Assembly: GCA_965203175.1 (NCBI GenBank)
Contig: OZ241867.1
Location: 3,104,001-3,168,000, forward strand
From: Candidatus Latescibacterota bacterium
Lineage (GTDB): Bacteria > Latescibacterota > UBA2968 > UBA8231
DNA: 64,000 bases
Reading direction: 5' to 3'
In this document: piece by piece, positions 7,630 through 18,699 of the stretch
How the letters are laid out: each line of letters opens with the position of its first letter
Numbering within the stretch: the stretch's first letter is position 1
Program-made: the position numbers and the translations under genes
The notes under the pieces: generated by a model
Told to the model about the DNA's origin: nothing
The model's input: the letters and a program-made list of their open reading frames with translations, nothing else
The model's database searches: none

Positions 7630-10413
7630 CTATAGATCGAAACTCAAGCGCCCGTAGTAGAATCCACCATTGGTGCCAAACTGCGTCACTCGTCGGCTAT
7701 ACACAAAACCACGCGAGCCAATATTGGCGTCTTTTTCATGTTCGTCGGGGGAGGTATTCAACAGATTGTTGGCTCCTACCGACAGACGCAGACCCGGCAG
7801 CATCTGATACGACACATCTACGTCCAGTAAGGTCTTAGCCGAGAAGGTCTCGTCGTTGGCTTCATTGTTGGGCTTGTACTCGACCGGCCCGTAGTTGGTG
7901 GCCCGGACTAGGGCGCTAAATGCGTCTTGGGAATAGCGCGCCGATAGGCTGACCTTGGTGCGCGGCAGGGCGTCTTCGAGGCGGTTGCGCGCTTCCCGAT
8001 CGAATAGCAGGCCTTCGATGGCCGTGCGCTCTTCGGCGGTGGCCTGCCGCTGATTGGCCTTCTCAAAGGCCGCGATAAGCCCCTCGGGAATCATGATCTC
8101 GTCCACCGAGGTCTGGGTGAAATTGGCCGCTGCCGATAGGCCTAGGGCACCGGCTCCCACGGGAGCGCTATACGAGGCGACTAAGTCTACGCCACTGGTT
8201 GAGGTGTTTACGGCATTGGTAAAAAACTGGGCCGCTGTCGCCCGGAAGGGGGCCAAAATGGCGGCGTAGCCCTCGTTGCCATCGGAGAAGCGCCCGGTCA
8301 ACACGATCCGGTCTTCGATGGCGATCTGGTAGTAATCGGCTGTAAGGGAAAAATTGTCCATCAGTTGGGCGGTGATGCCCGCGCTGGCATTGATGGAGGT
8401 CTCTGGTTCCAACGCCCCAATGCCGAAGGCTTTGGCAACGGGGCTGCTGTTGTTGGCGGTAAGCACCTCGCGAGGCACCAACTCGCCGGAGACCTCATCG
8501 GCGACGAACTGCGTGCTGACGCTGTTGAACCACACCTGATGCAGGGACGGGGCGCGGAAGCCGTTGCTGGCAGTTGCACGCAGGGCCAGCGCGTCGCTCA
8601 GGGCCAAGCGCAAGGCCAGTTTACCAGTGGACGTACTGCCGAAGTCGCTGTACTGCTCAAAGCGCCCTCCCACATCGACCGTTAGCATGGCCGACGCTTG
8701 TGTTTCCAAGCCAGCGTAGGTGCTGATGCTGTTGCGGAAGCGGTTGAGCGCGCTGGCCGGGGAAAATCCCCGAAATACCTGTGCGCCGGAGGCTTTGCCT
8801 TCTTCAAAATTGGTTCCGTCCACCGGACCACGACCGTAGGAGTAGGACTCGAACTGGCCGGCTTCAATCTGGTAGTTTTCGACGCGGAACTCGCCGCCGA
8901 GCACTAGGGAAGTGCGCTCGAACATGTCTGTGTCGAGGGGCCGCACCAAGTCCAAGTTTCCCGAGGTCTGGTTGAAACCAAGCCGCCCAGCGTTGACGGA
9001 GGTCGGGCTGTCGGCACCCATGGAAGCGTTGTTGGTGTTTTCGATATTCCACTTGAAGCCGTTGCCGCCTTGGGTCACACTGAAGTCCACGTCCCACTTC
9101 CCCTTAGCTCCACGCACGCCCGCGCTAAACGAGCGGTCTTCGATATCTGGATTGATCTGGGGCAGGAAGCCGTTGGGATATAGTTCAAAGACCACCCGAT
9201 TCGGCTGGCTTCCCGGCAGGCGATAGAAGCCCGTCGCCTCGCCCCGGCGGTACGACAGCCCGCCAAAGCTGTAGAATTCGGCATCGCCAGCTAGGGGATA
9301 CGCAGCGTTGTAGAAGGCCCCACCCACCGTGGCTTTGCTCTGGCCGATGTTCATGTTGAAAGCATCGTCCGGCAAGTTGTTGTCTTTGATCCACTGGATG
9401 TTGGCATCGTCCTCATCCGCGGTGTACTGGCCGCCGCGGCGCGTGCGATCGCGCTTTAAAAATTCACCGGTGACGTTGATGTAGCCGCCGTCGCCCAGCC
9501 CGAAGCCGTAGTTCACATCGGTCTTGACTTGCTCGCCATCGCCTTCACCCGTAGTGCCTACTAGGTTGTTGAGCTGGATTCCTTCGGTGTTGTCTTTGAG
9601 GACGATGTTGATCACTCCGGCTATGGCATCCGAGCCGTACTGGGCTGCGGCGCCGTCGCGCAGAATCTCAATGCGTTCGACCGCGGCTTTGGGAATGGAA
9701 TTGAGATCGACGCCCACCGTGCCGCGACCGAAGGTGCCGTTGACGTGTACTAAGGCACTGGAGTGGCGGCGCTTGCCGTTGATTAGGACCAGCACTTGGT
9801 CAGGCCCCAAGCCGCGCAGGCTGGCTGGGTTGATGTGATCGGTGCCGTCGGAAATCGTCTGATGCGAGGCGTTGAAGGAGGGAGCCAATTGGCGCAGCGT
9901 CTGGTTGATTTCGGTTTGGCCGGATTGGCGAATCTCGAGTTCGGAGATGACATCGACCGGGGCCGGCGTCTCAATAGCGGTGCGCACCGTCCGCGAGCCG
10001 ACGACGACGAATTCTTCGCCCAAGGCGACGGGGCTGGCGTTCAAGGAAAAATCAACAGTCGCCGTCTCTCCGACAGTGACTTCGACGCTTTGCTTGGCGG
10101 CTTGGTAGCCGATGAAGGTCGCTTGTAGCGTATAGGAGCCGGGCGGGACCGCTAGGAAAAAGGTGCCGTCGTCGCCGGTCATCGTGCCCCGCACCGTGCC
10201 TACTAGGTTTAAATTGGCGTTGGGTAGCGGCGTGGCGTCTTCGCCATCGGTCACCGTGCCACGGATAATGCCCTGTTCTTGTCGCGCCGCTATGTCGAGT
10301 GCCTTGAGGACGTCGGTCACGGCGTCTTGGATGGTGCCCTGTTGGGCCCAGGCAGGTAGTGTCGCCAGCAGTACTGCGGCCAACGACGTCCGGAAAAAGG
10401 ATTGCAAATTCAT
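7630..10413 (-). CDS. TonB-dependent receptor with N-terminal carboxypeptidase-regulatory-like domain
   Basis: Signal peptide, IRGTVTD...LPNAN, plug motifs LRGLGPDQVLVLINGKRR and RIEILRDGAAAQYGSDAIAGVINIVLK, C-terminal YGRLSFDL. Confidence 0.93.
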   Translation of the reverse strand: MNLQSFFRTSLAAVLLATLPAWAQQGTIQDAVTDVLKALDIAARQEQGIIRGTVTDGEDATPLPNANLNLVGTVRGTMTGDDGTFFLAVPPGSYTLQATFIGYQAAKQSVEVTVGETATVDFSLNASPVALGEEFVVVGSRTVRTAIETPAPVDVISELEIRQSGQTEINQTLRQLAPSFNASHQTISDGTDHINPASLRGLGPDQVLVLINGKRRHSSALVHVNGTFGRGTVGVDLNSIPKAAVERIEILRDGAAAQYGSDAIAGVINIVLKDNTEGIQLNNLVGTTGEGDGEQVKTDVNYGFGLGDGGYINVTGEFLKRDRTRRGGQYTADEDDANIQWIKDNNLPDDAFNMNIGQSKATVGGAFYNAAYPLAGDAEFYSFGGLSYRRGEATGFYRLPGSQPNRVVFELYPNGFLPQINPDIEDRSFSAGVRGAKGKWDVDFSVTQGGNGFKWNIENTNNASMGADSPTSVNAGRLGFNQTSGNLDLVRPLDTDMFERTSLVLGGEFRVENYQIEAGQFESYSYGRGPVDGTNFEEGKASGAQVFRGFSPASALNRFRNSISTYAGLETQASAMLTVDVGGRFEQYSDFGSTSTGKLALRLALSDALALRATASNGFRAPSLHQVWFNSVSTQFVADEVSGELVPREVLTANNSSPVAKAFGIGALEPETSINASAGITAQLMDNFSLTADYYQIAIEDRIVLTGRFSDGNEGYAAILAPFRATAAQFFTNAVNTSTSGVDLVASYSAPVGAGALGLSAAANFTQTSVDEIMIPEGLIAAFEKANQRQATAEERTAIEGLLFDREARNRLEDALPRTKVSLSARYSQDAFSALVRATNYGPVEYKPNNEANDETFSAKTLLDVDVSYQMLPGLRLSVGANNLLNTSPDEHEKDANIGSRGFVYSRRVTQFGTNGGFYYGRLSFDL

Positions 10414-10616
10414 GGGTCCTCCCGTTAAAAATGAATGGATTTTGCGCCTCCAACGGCGCAAGAAGATCAAACTATAGACCATAGGGAAATACGTGATTTT
10501 AGCAAGGGCATTTGGTAACAAAATAAAGGCTATGACGTTTCGGTTTCAGCACTATCTTATATGCCAACGATTGCATCCTTGAAATTCGCATTCCGACGCT
10601 ACGAGGAGAACGAATA

Positions 10617-11432
10617 ATGCGCGTTTTGATCATGTCCGACATGGAGGGCGTAAGCGGCATTGTGGTATGGGATCAGGTCAGCGGTGGTGCCGCGATGTTT
10701 GAAGAGGGCCGGCAGCTCTACACGGAAGAAATCAACGCGGCCGTGCGCGGGGCCAAAGCCGCTGGCGCGACGGAAATTGTCGTCGTCGATTGCCACGGTG
10801 CGGGCAAAGGCTGGAGTTTTAATTCGCTCATTCCCGACAAAATTGATCCCGATTGCGAATGGGTCGCCCATCACGAGTGGGGTCGCTACGACGAACTGTG
10901 GGAGCAAGGATGCGACGCCTGCCTGCTCATCGGCATGCACGCCCGCGACGGCACCCCCGACGGAGTGCTGTGCCACACCATCTCCAGCGTCCAGTATAGA
11001 AACCTCTGGTTCAACGACGATCTCGTCGGGGAAACCGGCGTCAACGCCGCGCTCAACGGGCACTACGGGGTGCCGATTGCCCTCGTCACCGGAGATGAGG
11101 CCGTCTGCCGAGAAGCCAGAGCACTCATCGGTGAATCGCTGCCAACCGTGGCCGTTAAAAAGGGCCTGAGCCGGTTTAGCGCGCGCCAGTTACCGCCCGT
11201 CCGCGCCCGGCAGTTGATCGAGGACGGGGCTAAAGACGCGCTCGTTGATCTGACCCGGGCCAAGCCGTACGTTCCCGAGAAGCCAACGACCATCCGAATC
11301 GAACTTGCAAGCGTCGATCAACGCGCCGAGTTCAAAGGACGACCTGGAGTTGAGATAGCGGGGCCGCTCTCCGTTGAAAGCCGCGCAGGAGACTGGATGA
11401 CTGCGTGGAATCAATTCTGGCCCCATGCTTAA
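10617..11432 (+). CDS. M55 family D-aminopeptidase (DppA-like)
   Basis: MSDMEGVSGI, VVDCHG, GMHAR, LCHT, GETGVNA motifs. Confidence 0.9.
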   Translation: MRVLIMSDMEGVSGIVVWDQVSGGAAMFEEGRQLYTEEINAAVRGAKAAGATEIVVVDCHGAGKGWSFNSLIPDKIDPDCEWVAHHEWGRYDELWEQGCDACLLIGMHARDGTPDGVLCHTISSVQYRNLWFNDDLVGETGVNAALNGHYGVPIALVTGDEAVCREARALIGESLPTVAVKKGLSRFSARQLPPVRARQLIEDGAKDALVDLTRAKPYVPEKPTTIRIELASVDQRAEFKGRPGVEIAGPLSVESRAGDWMTAWNQFWPHA

Positions 11433-11505
11433 GCGAAGACACACTGTGCGATTGATGGCGCGACCTGTTCGGGATTGGAACGAAGTTTAAACGAGGAGTT
11501 GTGCA

Positions 11506-12513
11506 ATGTCGAGTGAAGCGAGGAAGATCTACGACGAGGCGATTGTCATAGACGGTCTGAACGTCAGCAACTGGGAGAGCGATGCGGTGTTCGAGCGTTT
11601 GCGAGCCGGCAATATCACGGCTATCACCGCCACGGTGGCAACGTGGGAAAATTTCGTGCAGACCATGGCGCACTTGGCGGCGTGGATGCGGCGTTTTCGC
11701 GAGCGCCAAGACATCGTGCAGGTGAAGGAGACGGCCGACATTTATGCCGCTAAGAAACTCGGTAAGACCGGGATCATCCTCAGTTTTCAAAATGCCTCGC
11801 CCATCGAGAACGAGCTAGATCGCCTGGGGTTGTTCCTCGCCCTCGGGGTGCGGGTGATTCAACTGACCTATCACGAGACCAATCTGCTGGGCAGTGGCTG
11901 CTGGGAGCGAAACGATGGTGGCCTGAGCAACTTCGGCGTCGATGCGGTGCGCGAGATGAACCGGCTTGGCATTGTCATCGACTTGTCGCACGTCGGTCCG
12001 AAGACGACGATGGACGCCATTGAGATGTCCGAGCAGCCGGTTGCGATTACCCATGCCAATGCCCGCAGTTTTTGCGACCACCCGCGCAACAAGGAAGAAG
12101 AGGCGCTCAAGCTCCTCGCTGAAAAGGGGGGCGTCGTGGGCGCCACGTCGTTTGCCAACTTTCTTCCCAAGGGATTCGATTCGACGGTCGAGGATTTCGT
12201 CGATGCCATCGACGACATGGTGGAGCGGATCGGCCTCGATCACGTGGCCATCGGCACTGATTCCACTCACGATCAGCCGCTCGAATTCTGGCATTACATC
12301 GTATCGCAGCAGGGCACGAAATTTCCCTCGACCTTTGCCGATGGGTCGGTGCCGTACACGGAGCTAAGTTTTCAACCAAAGGGGATCGACAGCCCGGCGG
12401 AGTTTCCCAATCTGGCGGAGGCGCTCGCCAATCGCGGGTACAGGGCCGAGGAGATCACCAAGCTGTTGGGTGGGAACTGGATGAGCCTCTTCGAGCGGGT
12501 GTGGAACGTCTGA
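11506..12513 (+). CDS. M19 membrane dipeptidase family protein
   Basis: GVRVIQLTY, EMNRLGIVIDLSH, ITHAN, HPRNK, HVAIGTD, KLLGGNW. Confidence 0.9.
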   Translation: MSSEARKIYDEAIVIDGLNVSNWESDAVFERLRAGNITAITATVATWENFVQTMAHLAAWMRRFRERQDIVQVKETADIYAAKKLGKTGIILSFQNASPIENELDRLGLFLALGVRVIQLTYHETNLLGSGCWERNDGGLSNFGVDAVREMNRLGIVIDLSHVGPKTTMDAIEMSEQPVAITHANARSFCDHPRNKEEEALKLLAEKGGVVGATSFANFLPKGFDSTVEDFVDAIDDMVERIGLDHVAIGTDSTHDQPLEFWHYIVSQQGTKFPSTFADGSVPYTELSFQPKGIDSPAEFPNLAEALANRGYRAEEITKLLGGNWMSLFERVWNV

Positions 12514-12618
12514 AAGAAGAGGGCACAAGAAGACTACATAGGCGATGAACAACCTGCAAGTAATCCATCCGAATGAGCCGAACAAGGGCGGTCTGACCGC
12601 GCCACTCAAGGAAGGACA

Positions 12619-14718
12619 GTGACTGATTCGATCAACGGGCATTTGCTGGCCATCGACATAGGCGGCACCTTCACCGATCTGGTGCTGCTCGATCCGTCTG
12701 CTGACTCCCTGATGGCCAGCAAGGTCCTCACCACGTATCCCGATCCCTCCGCCGGCGTGCTCGCAGGGGTGCAAGACCTGTTCGAGGAGTGGCAGGTGGA
12801 GGCCAGCTCTGTGGGGCGGACCGTGCACGGCACCACGCTGATTACCAATGCCCTCATCGAGCGCAAGGGGAGCCGCACGGGCTTGATTACCACGGCCGGC
12901 TTTCGCGACGCGCTGGAAATCGGACGCGAGGGCCGCTACGATATATACGACCTGTTCCTCGAGCGGCCCGCGCCCTTGGTCGAGCGGCGGCGGCGGCGGG
13001 AAGTGCCGGAGCGGGTGGATGCGAACGGGGCGGTGTTGACGCCCCTAGACGAAGAGGCCGTGCGGCAGGCCTGCGCCTTTTTCCGGGCCGAAGGGATCGA
13101 GGCTGTGGCCATCGTCTTTTTGCACGGGTACCTGAATTCCGCGCACGAGCAGCGCGCCCGGGCCTTGGTGCGCCAGCAGTTGCCCGATGTGGCGGTGGCT
13201 GTATCCCACCAGGTGGCGCCGGAATTCCGCGAGTACGAACGCACCTCGACCACGGTGGCCAACGCCTATGTCCAGCCCCTAGCCGCGCGCTACCTGAAGG
13301 GCTTGGAAGAGGGATTGGGTGCCAGTGGCGTGCGGGCACCGCTGCACATCATGCTGTCCAACGGCGGTTCGTGCTCGGTGGACACGGCCGCTGAATTTCC
13401 CGTACGGCTGGTGGAATCGGGCCCCTGCGGCGGTGCTCTGGCAGCGGCGTACTGGGGCAAAATCGCCGGGCGGCGAGAAGTCTTGGCCTTTGACATGGGC
13501 GGTACTACGGCCAAGGCCATCCTCACTGCGGGCGGCGATTTTGCCTTGGCCTCGGAGTCGGAAGTGGCGCGGATATACCGCTTCAAGAAGGGGAGCGGCC
13601 TGCCCCTGCTGGTGCCGGTGATGGACATGATTGAAATAGGGGCCGGCGGCGGCAGCATTGCCCGGCTGAGCGATATGGGCCTGCCCGTGGTGGGCCCGGA
13701 AAGCGCCGGGGCCGATCCGGGGCCGGCCTGCTATGGGCGGGGCGGGACCCTGCCTACCGTGACGGATGCGGATCTGATCCTCGGCCTGCTCAACGCGGAC
13801 TATTTCCTGGGTGGGAGCATGGTTCTGGACCCGGAAGCCGCGCAGCGGGCCGTGGCGAGTTTGGGAGCGGCCCTGGATATGAGCACCGAGCGCGCGGCCT
13901 GGGGCATCCACCAGTTGGTGGACGAGAATATGGCCAATGCCGTCCGCGTACACGCGGCCGAGCGCGGCCTCGACATCCGCTCGCACACGCTGGTGGCAAC
14001 CGGGGGTGCCGGGCCGGTGCATGCCTGCGGCCTGGCGCAGCGGCTGGGTCTCGACGCGGTCATCGTGCCCCCAGCGGCTGGGGTGGGATCGGCCTTTGGC
14101 TTGATACTGGCGCCGATTTTGTTCGACTTTGTGCGCACGTACGTGGTGCGTCTCGAAGACCTCGACATCGATGCGCTGGGCAATTTGCTGCGCGCCCTCG
14201 AAGCGGAGGGCCGCGGCATTGTCGAGGCCGCAGGGGTGGACGCAGCCGATGTCGAGGTGCGGCGCAGCGCTGATATGCGCTATGTAGGTCAGGGATTTGA
14301 GATTCGGGTGGAATTGCCGGATGTCCCCTTTGACGAGCGGATGGCATCCCGCATTGAGGAGGCTTTCGAAGCCGAGTACCAGCGCCTGTACGGCCGTCTG
14401 TGCGTTGGCGTGCCCATCGAGTCAGTGCACTGGCGGGTCGCGGTCTCCGGCCCGCGGCCCCGACCGGGACGCGTCGAGATTCGACGGGACCGGTCCGCTG
14501 GCAAGGCCAGGGCTTTGAAGGGCCGCCGAGGGGTCGTTTTTGCCGCGGGTGAAGGTGCCCTAGATGTGCCGGTGTACGATCGGTACCTCCTAGAGGAGGG
14601 TTTCAGTATAGAGGGGCCGGCCATCATTGAAGAGGCCGAATCCACGACCGTGGTGCGGCCGGACTGGCACTGCCGCGTCGGCGAGCATGGAGATCTGTTG
14701 CTGACGCGGCCAGGCTAG
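12619..14718 (+). CDS. Hydantoinase A/5-oxoprolinase subunit
   Basis: IDIGGTFTD, HGTTLITNALIERKG, REYERTSTT, ESGP, DMGGTT, GAGGGS. Confidence 0.93.
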   Translation: MTDSINGHLLAIDIGGTFTDLVLLDPSADSLMASKVLTTYPDPSAGVLAGVQDLFEEWQVEASSVGRTVHGTTLITNALIERKGSRTGLITTAGFRDALEIGREGRYDIYDLFLERPAPLVERRRRREVPERVDANGAVLTPLDEEAVRQACAFFRAEGIEAVAIVFLHGYLNSAHEQRARALVRQQLPDVAVAVSHQVAPEFREYERTSTTVANAYVQPLAARYLKGLEEGLGASGVRAPLHIMLSNGGSCSVDTAAEFPVRLVESGPCGGALAAAYWGKIAGRREVLAFDMGGTTAKAILTAGGDFALASESEVARIYRFKKGSGLPLLVPVMDMIEIGAGGGSIARLSDMGLPVVGPESAGADPGPACYGRGGTLPTVTDADLILGLLNADYFLGGSMVLDPEAAQRAVASLGAALDMSTERAAWGIHQLVDENMANAVRVHAAERGLDIRSHTLVATGGAGPVHACGLAQRLGLDAVIVPPAAGVGSAFGLILAPILFDFVRTYVVRLEDLDIDALGNLLRALEAEGRGIVEAAGVDAADVEVRRSADMRYVGQGFEIRVELPDVPFDERMASRIEEAFEAEYQRLYGRLCVGVPIESVHWRVAVSGPRPRPGRVEIRRDRSAGKARALKGRRGVVFAAGEGALDVPVYDRYLLEEGFSIEGPAIIEEAESTTVVRPDWHCRVGEHGDLLLTRPG

Positions 14719-14749
14719 GTCGCATGTACCGTCGATTTAGGTCAACGCC

Positions 14750-16453
14750 ATGAATGACGCCCAGATTGATCCCATTGCGCTGGAAGTACTGTGGAACCGG
14801 CTCATTTCCATTGTCGATGAACAGGCCGCAGTGCTGATGCACGCCTCCTTTACCACGGTGGTGCGCGAGGCCGGCGATCTGTCGGCCGGAGTCTTCGACG
14901 CCGAGGGCAATATGCTGGCCCAAGCCGTGACCGGCACCCCCGGCCACATCAATACCATGGCCAATTGCGTCCGCGACTTTGTCCGCGCCCATCCACTCGC
15001 TTCCCTCGAGCCCGGCGACAGCCTGCTGACCAACGACCCCTGGCTGTGCTCGGGGCATCTGCACGATATTACGGTGGTGACGCCGGTGTTTTATCGGGGT
15101 CGCGGCATCGGTTGGTTCGCCAATACCTGCCACGCTATGGACATTGGCGGGCGCACCTTGGGGGCGGACGCCCGCGAAGTATTCGAAGAGGGCCTCCACA
15201 TCCCCATGATGAAGCTATTCCGCGGCGGACAGATCAACCGAGATTTGATCGCCATTGTCAAAGCCAACGTGCGCGAGCCGGACCAGGTGGTGGGGGATCT
15301 GTACGCCCAGCAGGCGGGCAATGACGTGGGGGCTGCCAAGCTGGTCGAGATGATGGAGGAGTGCGACCTCGACGATCTCGAGGAGCTGTCGGCGCTCATT
15401 CTCACTCGCACGGAAGAAGCCCTGCGCAGCGCCATTGCCAAAATTCCCGATGGGGTGTATCGCGACGAGGTGAGCATCGACGGTTTTGACGCGCCCTTGA
15501 CCATCCGCGCCAGCGTCGCCGTGCGGGGCAGCGATCTGCTGGTCGACTACGCCGGCACTTCGCCCCAGGTCGACCGGGGCATCAACGTGGTGTTCAACTA
15601 CACCCATGCGTACACCACGTATCCGTTGATCTGCGCCATTGGTCCGACCGTGCCCAACAACGAGGGCAGTTTTCGCCCGGTCGCGGTGAAGGCTCCCGAA
15701 GGCTCCATCCTCAACTGCACTTTTCCGGCCGCGGTGGGCGCGCGCCATCTGGTGGGCCACTTTCTCTCGCAGGTCATATTCGGGGCGCTGGCCCAAGCCC
15801 TGCCCGAGCGCGTCATCGCCGATGGTTCGGCCGGGTTGTGGAATAGTCAGTTTGAGGGCCGAGATCGGGATGGCCGGGTATTCGCCTATATCTTCTTTTC
15901 CGCCGGCGGCATGGGCGCTCGGCCCGGCGCTGACGGGCTTTCCGCTACGGCCTTCCCCAGCGGCATCCGCGGCGTGCCAGCCGAGGCCATCGAGGCCGTA
16001 TCGCCGATCCTCATGCACCGGCGGGTCCTGCGCCCCGACTCGGGCGGGGCTGGGAAATTCCGGGGTGGGCTGGGGCAGGAGATGGTCCTGGAGGTGCGCG
16101 GCGAGGGGCCGGCTTTGCACTCGTGCATGTACGACCGGACCATTCACCCGGCGAGGGGCTTCCACGGCGGCTTGGAAGGGGCCACAGGCGAGTTGTTTTT
16201 GCAGGAGGGGGAGCCGCTGCATCCCAAATCCAAGTACTTGCTGCGGCCCGGTGAATCGGTCACCCTGAGGCTGCCGGGTGGAGGTGGGTACGGGCCGGCT
16301 TGGCAGCGCGAGCCGCACAGGGTGCTGGAGGATGTGCGCCAGGAACTGGTTTCGGTCGAGGCGGCTAGGGCCCTGTACGGCGTGGTTATCGATACCGAGG
16401 CTTGGACTGTGGACGAAGCGGGTACCGCGGCTCTGCGCAGGGCCAAAGCCTAG
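14750..16453 (+). CDS. Hydantoinase B/oxoprolinase subunit
   Basis: NDPWLCSGHLHD, HAMDIGG, FEEGL, DSGGAGKFRGGLG, PGGGGYG. Confidence 0.93.
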   Translation: MNDAQIDPIALEVLWNRLISIVDEQAAVLMHASFTTVVREAGDLSAGVFDAEGNMLAQAVTGTPGHINTMANCVRDFVRAHPLASLEPGDSLLTNDPWLCSGHLHDITVVTPVFYRGRGIGWFANTCHAMDIGGRTLGADAREVFEEGLHIPMMKLFRGGQINRDLIAIVKANVREPDQVVGDLYAQQAGNDVGAAKLVEMMEECDLDDLEELSALILTRTEEALRSAIAKIPDGVYRDEVSIDGFDAPLTIRASVAVRGSDLLVDYAGTSPQVDRGINVVFNYTHAYTTYPLICAIGPTVPNNEGSFRPVAVKAPEGSILNCTFPAAVGARHLVGHFLSQVIFGALAQALPERVIADGSAGLWNSQFEGRDRDGRVFAYIFFSAGGMGARPGADGLSATAFPSGIRGVPAEAIEAVSPILMHRRVLRPDSGGAGKFRGGLGQEMVLEVRGEGPALHSCMYDRTIHPARGFHGGLEGATGELFLQEGEPLHPKSKYLLRPGESVTLRLPGGGGYGPAWQREPHRVLEDVRQELVSVEAARALYGVVIDTEAWTVDEAGTAALRRAKA

Positions 16454-16593
16454 CTCTTGGGTATTTCAAGGTGCCTAAGGTGCCTCACAGGCCCGCTGAA
16501 TAATTACCGTATTTGACCGCGTATCGCCATCGTGAGGACACCTCGGTGCGGCGCGACCCCCTCGTGGGCATAGGAGCGACCGCTGATCCACGG

Positions 16594-17526
16594 TCAGGAC
16601 GCGAACTCGTGTAGGTCCGCGATCCAGTTGTACCCCTCTCGGTCCTCCCACTTGTGGGCCCCTCCCATGACGAATGGTCGCTCACCCACCACACAGGCCG
16701 ACAGCCAGGCTTTGCCCACCGGCATGGGTGCGTCTTCGAACCAGCGGTCGGCCCGGATGTCGTAGATTTCGGTGGCCGCTGAGTAGTGCGGATCTTTGCC
16801 GCCGAAGGTGTAGAGCAGATCGCCCAGTACGCAGGAGCCGGACGATTCGCGTCCGGTAGGCACCGGTGCCAGCCCTTCCCAGCGGCCCACTGCTGGATCG
16901 AGCACATAGGTCTCGCTGCGGCAGGGCCGCTGTGGATCTTCGTCGCTGATGCCGCCGGTCAGGTAGATGCGGTCGTCGTGAGTCACTACGGTGGGGCCCT
17001 GCGTGGGGCGGGGTAGGGCTGGTCCCGGGACCCAAGTGTCGGTGGCGACATCGTACACTTCGACGCGGTCGAGGATGCGCTGGTCTTCGCGGAGCATGGT
17101 GTTGCCGCCGATAGCCCATATCTGGTCCTGGCAGGCGGTGACGGCTAGGCCAGCGCGGGGTCCGCCGGGCATGGGTGCCAGGGCCGACCAGGTCTGCTCG
17201 TCCAAGTCGAGCATTTCCAAGTTGTCGCGGGAAGTGAAATGGTAGTCGTGGCCGTAGGCTTTTTTCTCTTCAGGCGTGCGGATGGTTTTGCCGCCGGCCA
17301 CGTAGATCCTGCGGCCGATGCGGGCGGCGCCCAGCCATCCCCGTTTGGTGGGAATGGGCGGTCCTTGGGTCCAGGTGTCGCTGGCCACATCGTAGATTTC
17401 GACCGCATCGACCGTGAGATCGCCGGCGCCGGAAATGGCGTAGATGGTGCCGTCGACAGCAATGGACTGCAGATCGTGGCGGGGGGTGGGCATAGAGGCG
17501 CGTTGAATCCAAGTTCCCATGGTCAA
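16594..17526 (-). CDS. Kelch-repeat protein
   Basis: Six repeats of the form IY(A/V)xGG...(E/I)YD...W....PMP. Confidence 0.9.
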   Translation of the reverse strand: MTMGTWIQRASMPTPRHDLQSIAVDGTIYAISGAGDLTVDAVEIYDVASDTWTQGPPIPTKRGWLGAARIGRRIYVAGGKTIRTPEEKKAYGHDYHFTSRDNLEMLDLDEQTWSALAPMPGGPRAGLAVTACQDQIWAIGGNTMLREDQRILDRVEVYDVATDTWVPGPALPRPTQGPTVVTHDDRIYLTGGISDEDPQRPCRSETYVLDPAVGRWEGLAPVPTGRESSGSCVLGDLLYTFGGKDPHYSAATEIYDIRADRWFEDAPMPVGKAWLSACVVGERPFVMGGAHKWEDREGYNWIADLHEFAS

Positions 17527-17608
17527 CTCCTAATGTTGGTTTGGTTCAGTGCGATGGTGCGGCCAATTCTGCCGGGAAACTGCTCTCCCGTCTGGCGTCC
17601 TCGGCCTC

Positions 17609-18595
17609 CTACCGAGCCAGCGGCAGCGCGATTTTTGCGTTGTTTTGCTGCTGCGATTGCAGGCAGGCAATCATCATCTCCACAACGGTCAGACCATCTC
17701 GGCCGGTACACGAAAGCTCGCTTTCGCCGTCGAGTGCGTGCACGAGTTCGTGCACACCCGCTGCGATTCCATCGACTTCCCACGGGCGCGGTTCAACCAA
17801 CTCTCGCTCTCCGCCTCGCTCGATGTACGCATCGCCTTCCCGCTCGATGAAAATATTCCCCGCGGTTCCCGATATGGTGAAGTCGAGTCGGTTGGGGGCT
17901 TTCTTTTCTCCGAGATAGATCCCGCGCACCCCATTGGCAAAGTGGATGTAGGCGTTGGCGCTCGGCTCGGTGGCGGGGTCGTGGCCGCCGTCGCCGCGAT
18001 ACTCGCTGTAGTCTTCGTACCCGTCCTCTAGCTCGGCGACGAGCCACTCTGGGTTACTGCCAGCATACCACATGATGGCGTCGAGCAGGTGGGTGCCGTT
18101 GCGGAACAACATCGAGCGCGTGCCGTAGTGCTCGCACAAGACCGATCGCACGTCGCCAATCTCGCCCGCGGTCACTAGTTCGTGGCAGCGATGCCAGACG
18201 GGCATCCAATGGCGCGTGTGGTCGACGGACAGCAGGGTGTTATGGCGTTCTGCGGCGGTCACCATGCGGTCGGCGTCCTCCACGCTGGTAGCTAGCGGTT
18301 TTTCGCAGAAAATCCCCTTGGCACCGGCTTCGGCCGCGGCCACTACTAGGTCGGCGTGCCGGTTGTCGCCGGTGGCCACTGTGACAATGTCGAGCTGTGC
18401 CTTTTCCAGCATCTCTCGGTAATCGTCGTACATCTTCAGCTCGGGACTAGTCGCCTTGAACTGCGCGGCGAATTCGTCGCGTTGCTCTGGCACGAGGTCG
18501 CAACCGGCCACGACCTCGGCATTTTCTATACTTTCGGCCCCTTGGGCGTGCCGATTGCCAATGCCCCTGCAGCCGATGACTCCTACTCTGTACAT
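17609..18595 (-). CDS. Gfo/Idh/MocA oxidoreductase
   Basis: VGVIGCRGIG, CEKP, NGTHLLD. Confidence 0.92.
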   Translation of the reverse strand: MYRVGVIGCRGIGNRHAQGAESIENAEVVAGCDLVPEQRDEFAAQFKATSPELKMYDDYREMLEKAQLDIVTVATGDNRHADLVVAAAEAGAKGIFCEKPLATSVEDADRMVTAAERHNTLLSVDHTRHWMPVWHRCHELVTAGEIGDVRSVLCEHYGTRSMLFRNGTHLLDAIMWYAGSNPEWLVAELEDGYEDYSEYRGDGGHDPATEPSANAYIHFANGVRGIYLGEKKAPNRLDFTISGTAGNIFIEREGDAYIERGGERELVEPRPWEVDGIAAGVHELVHALDGESELSCTGRDGLTVVEMMIACLQSQQQNNAKIALPLAR

Positions 18596-18699
18596 GATGC
18601 CTCCTTGGATTAATTAGGAAATAGTATAGGGGAATTTCGCGGGTAGGAAAATTTTTGCTTGATATCTTGTTTGGAGGATTGTGTAAGGTATCGCCGCCG

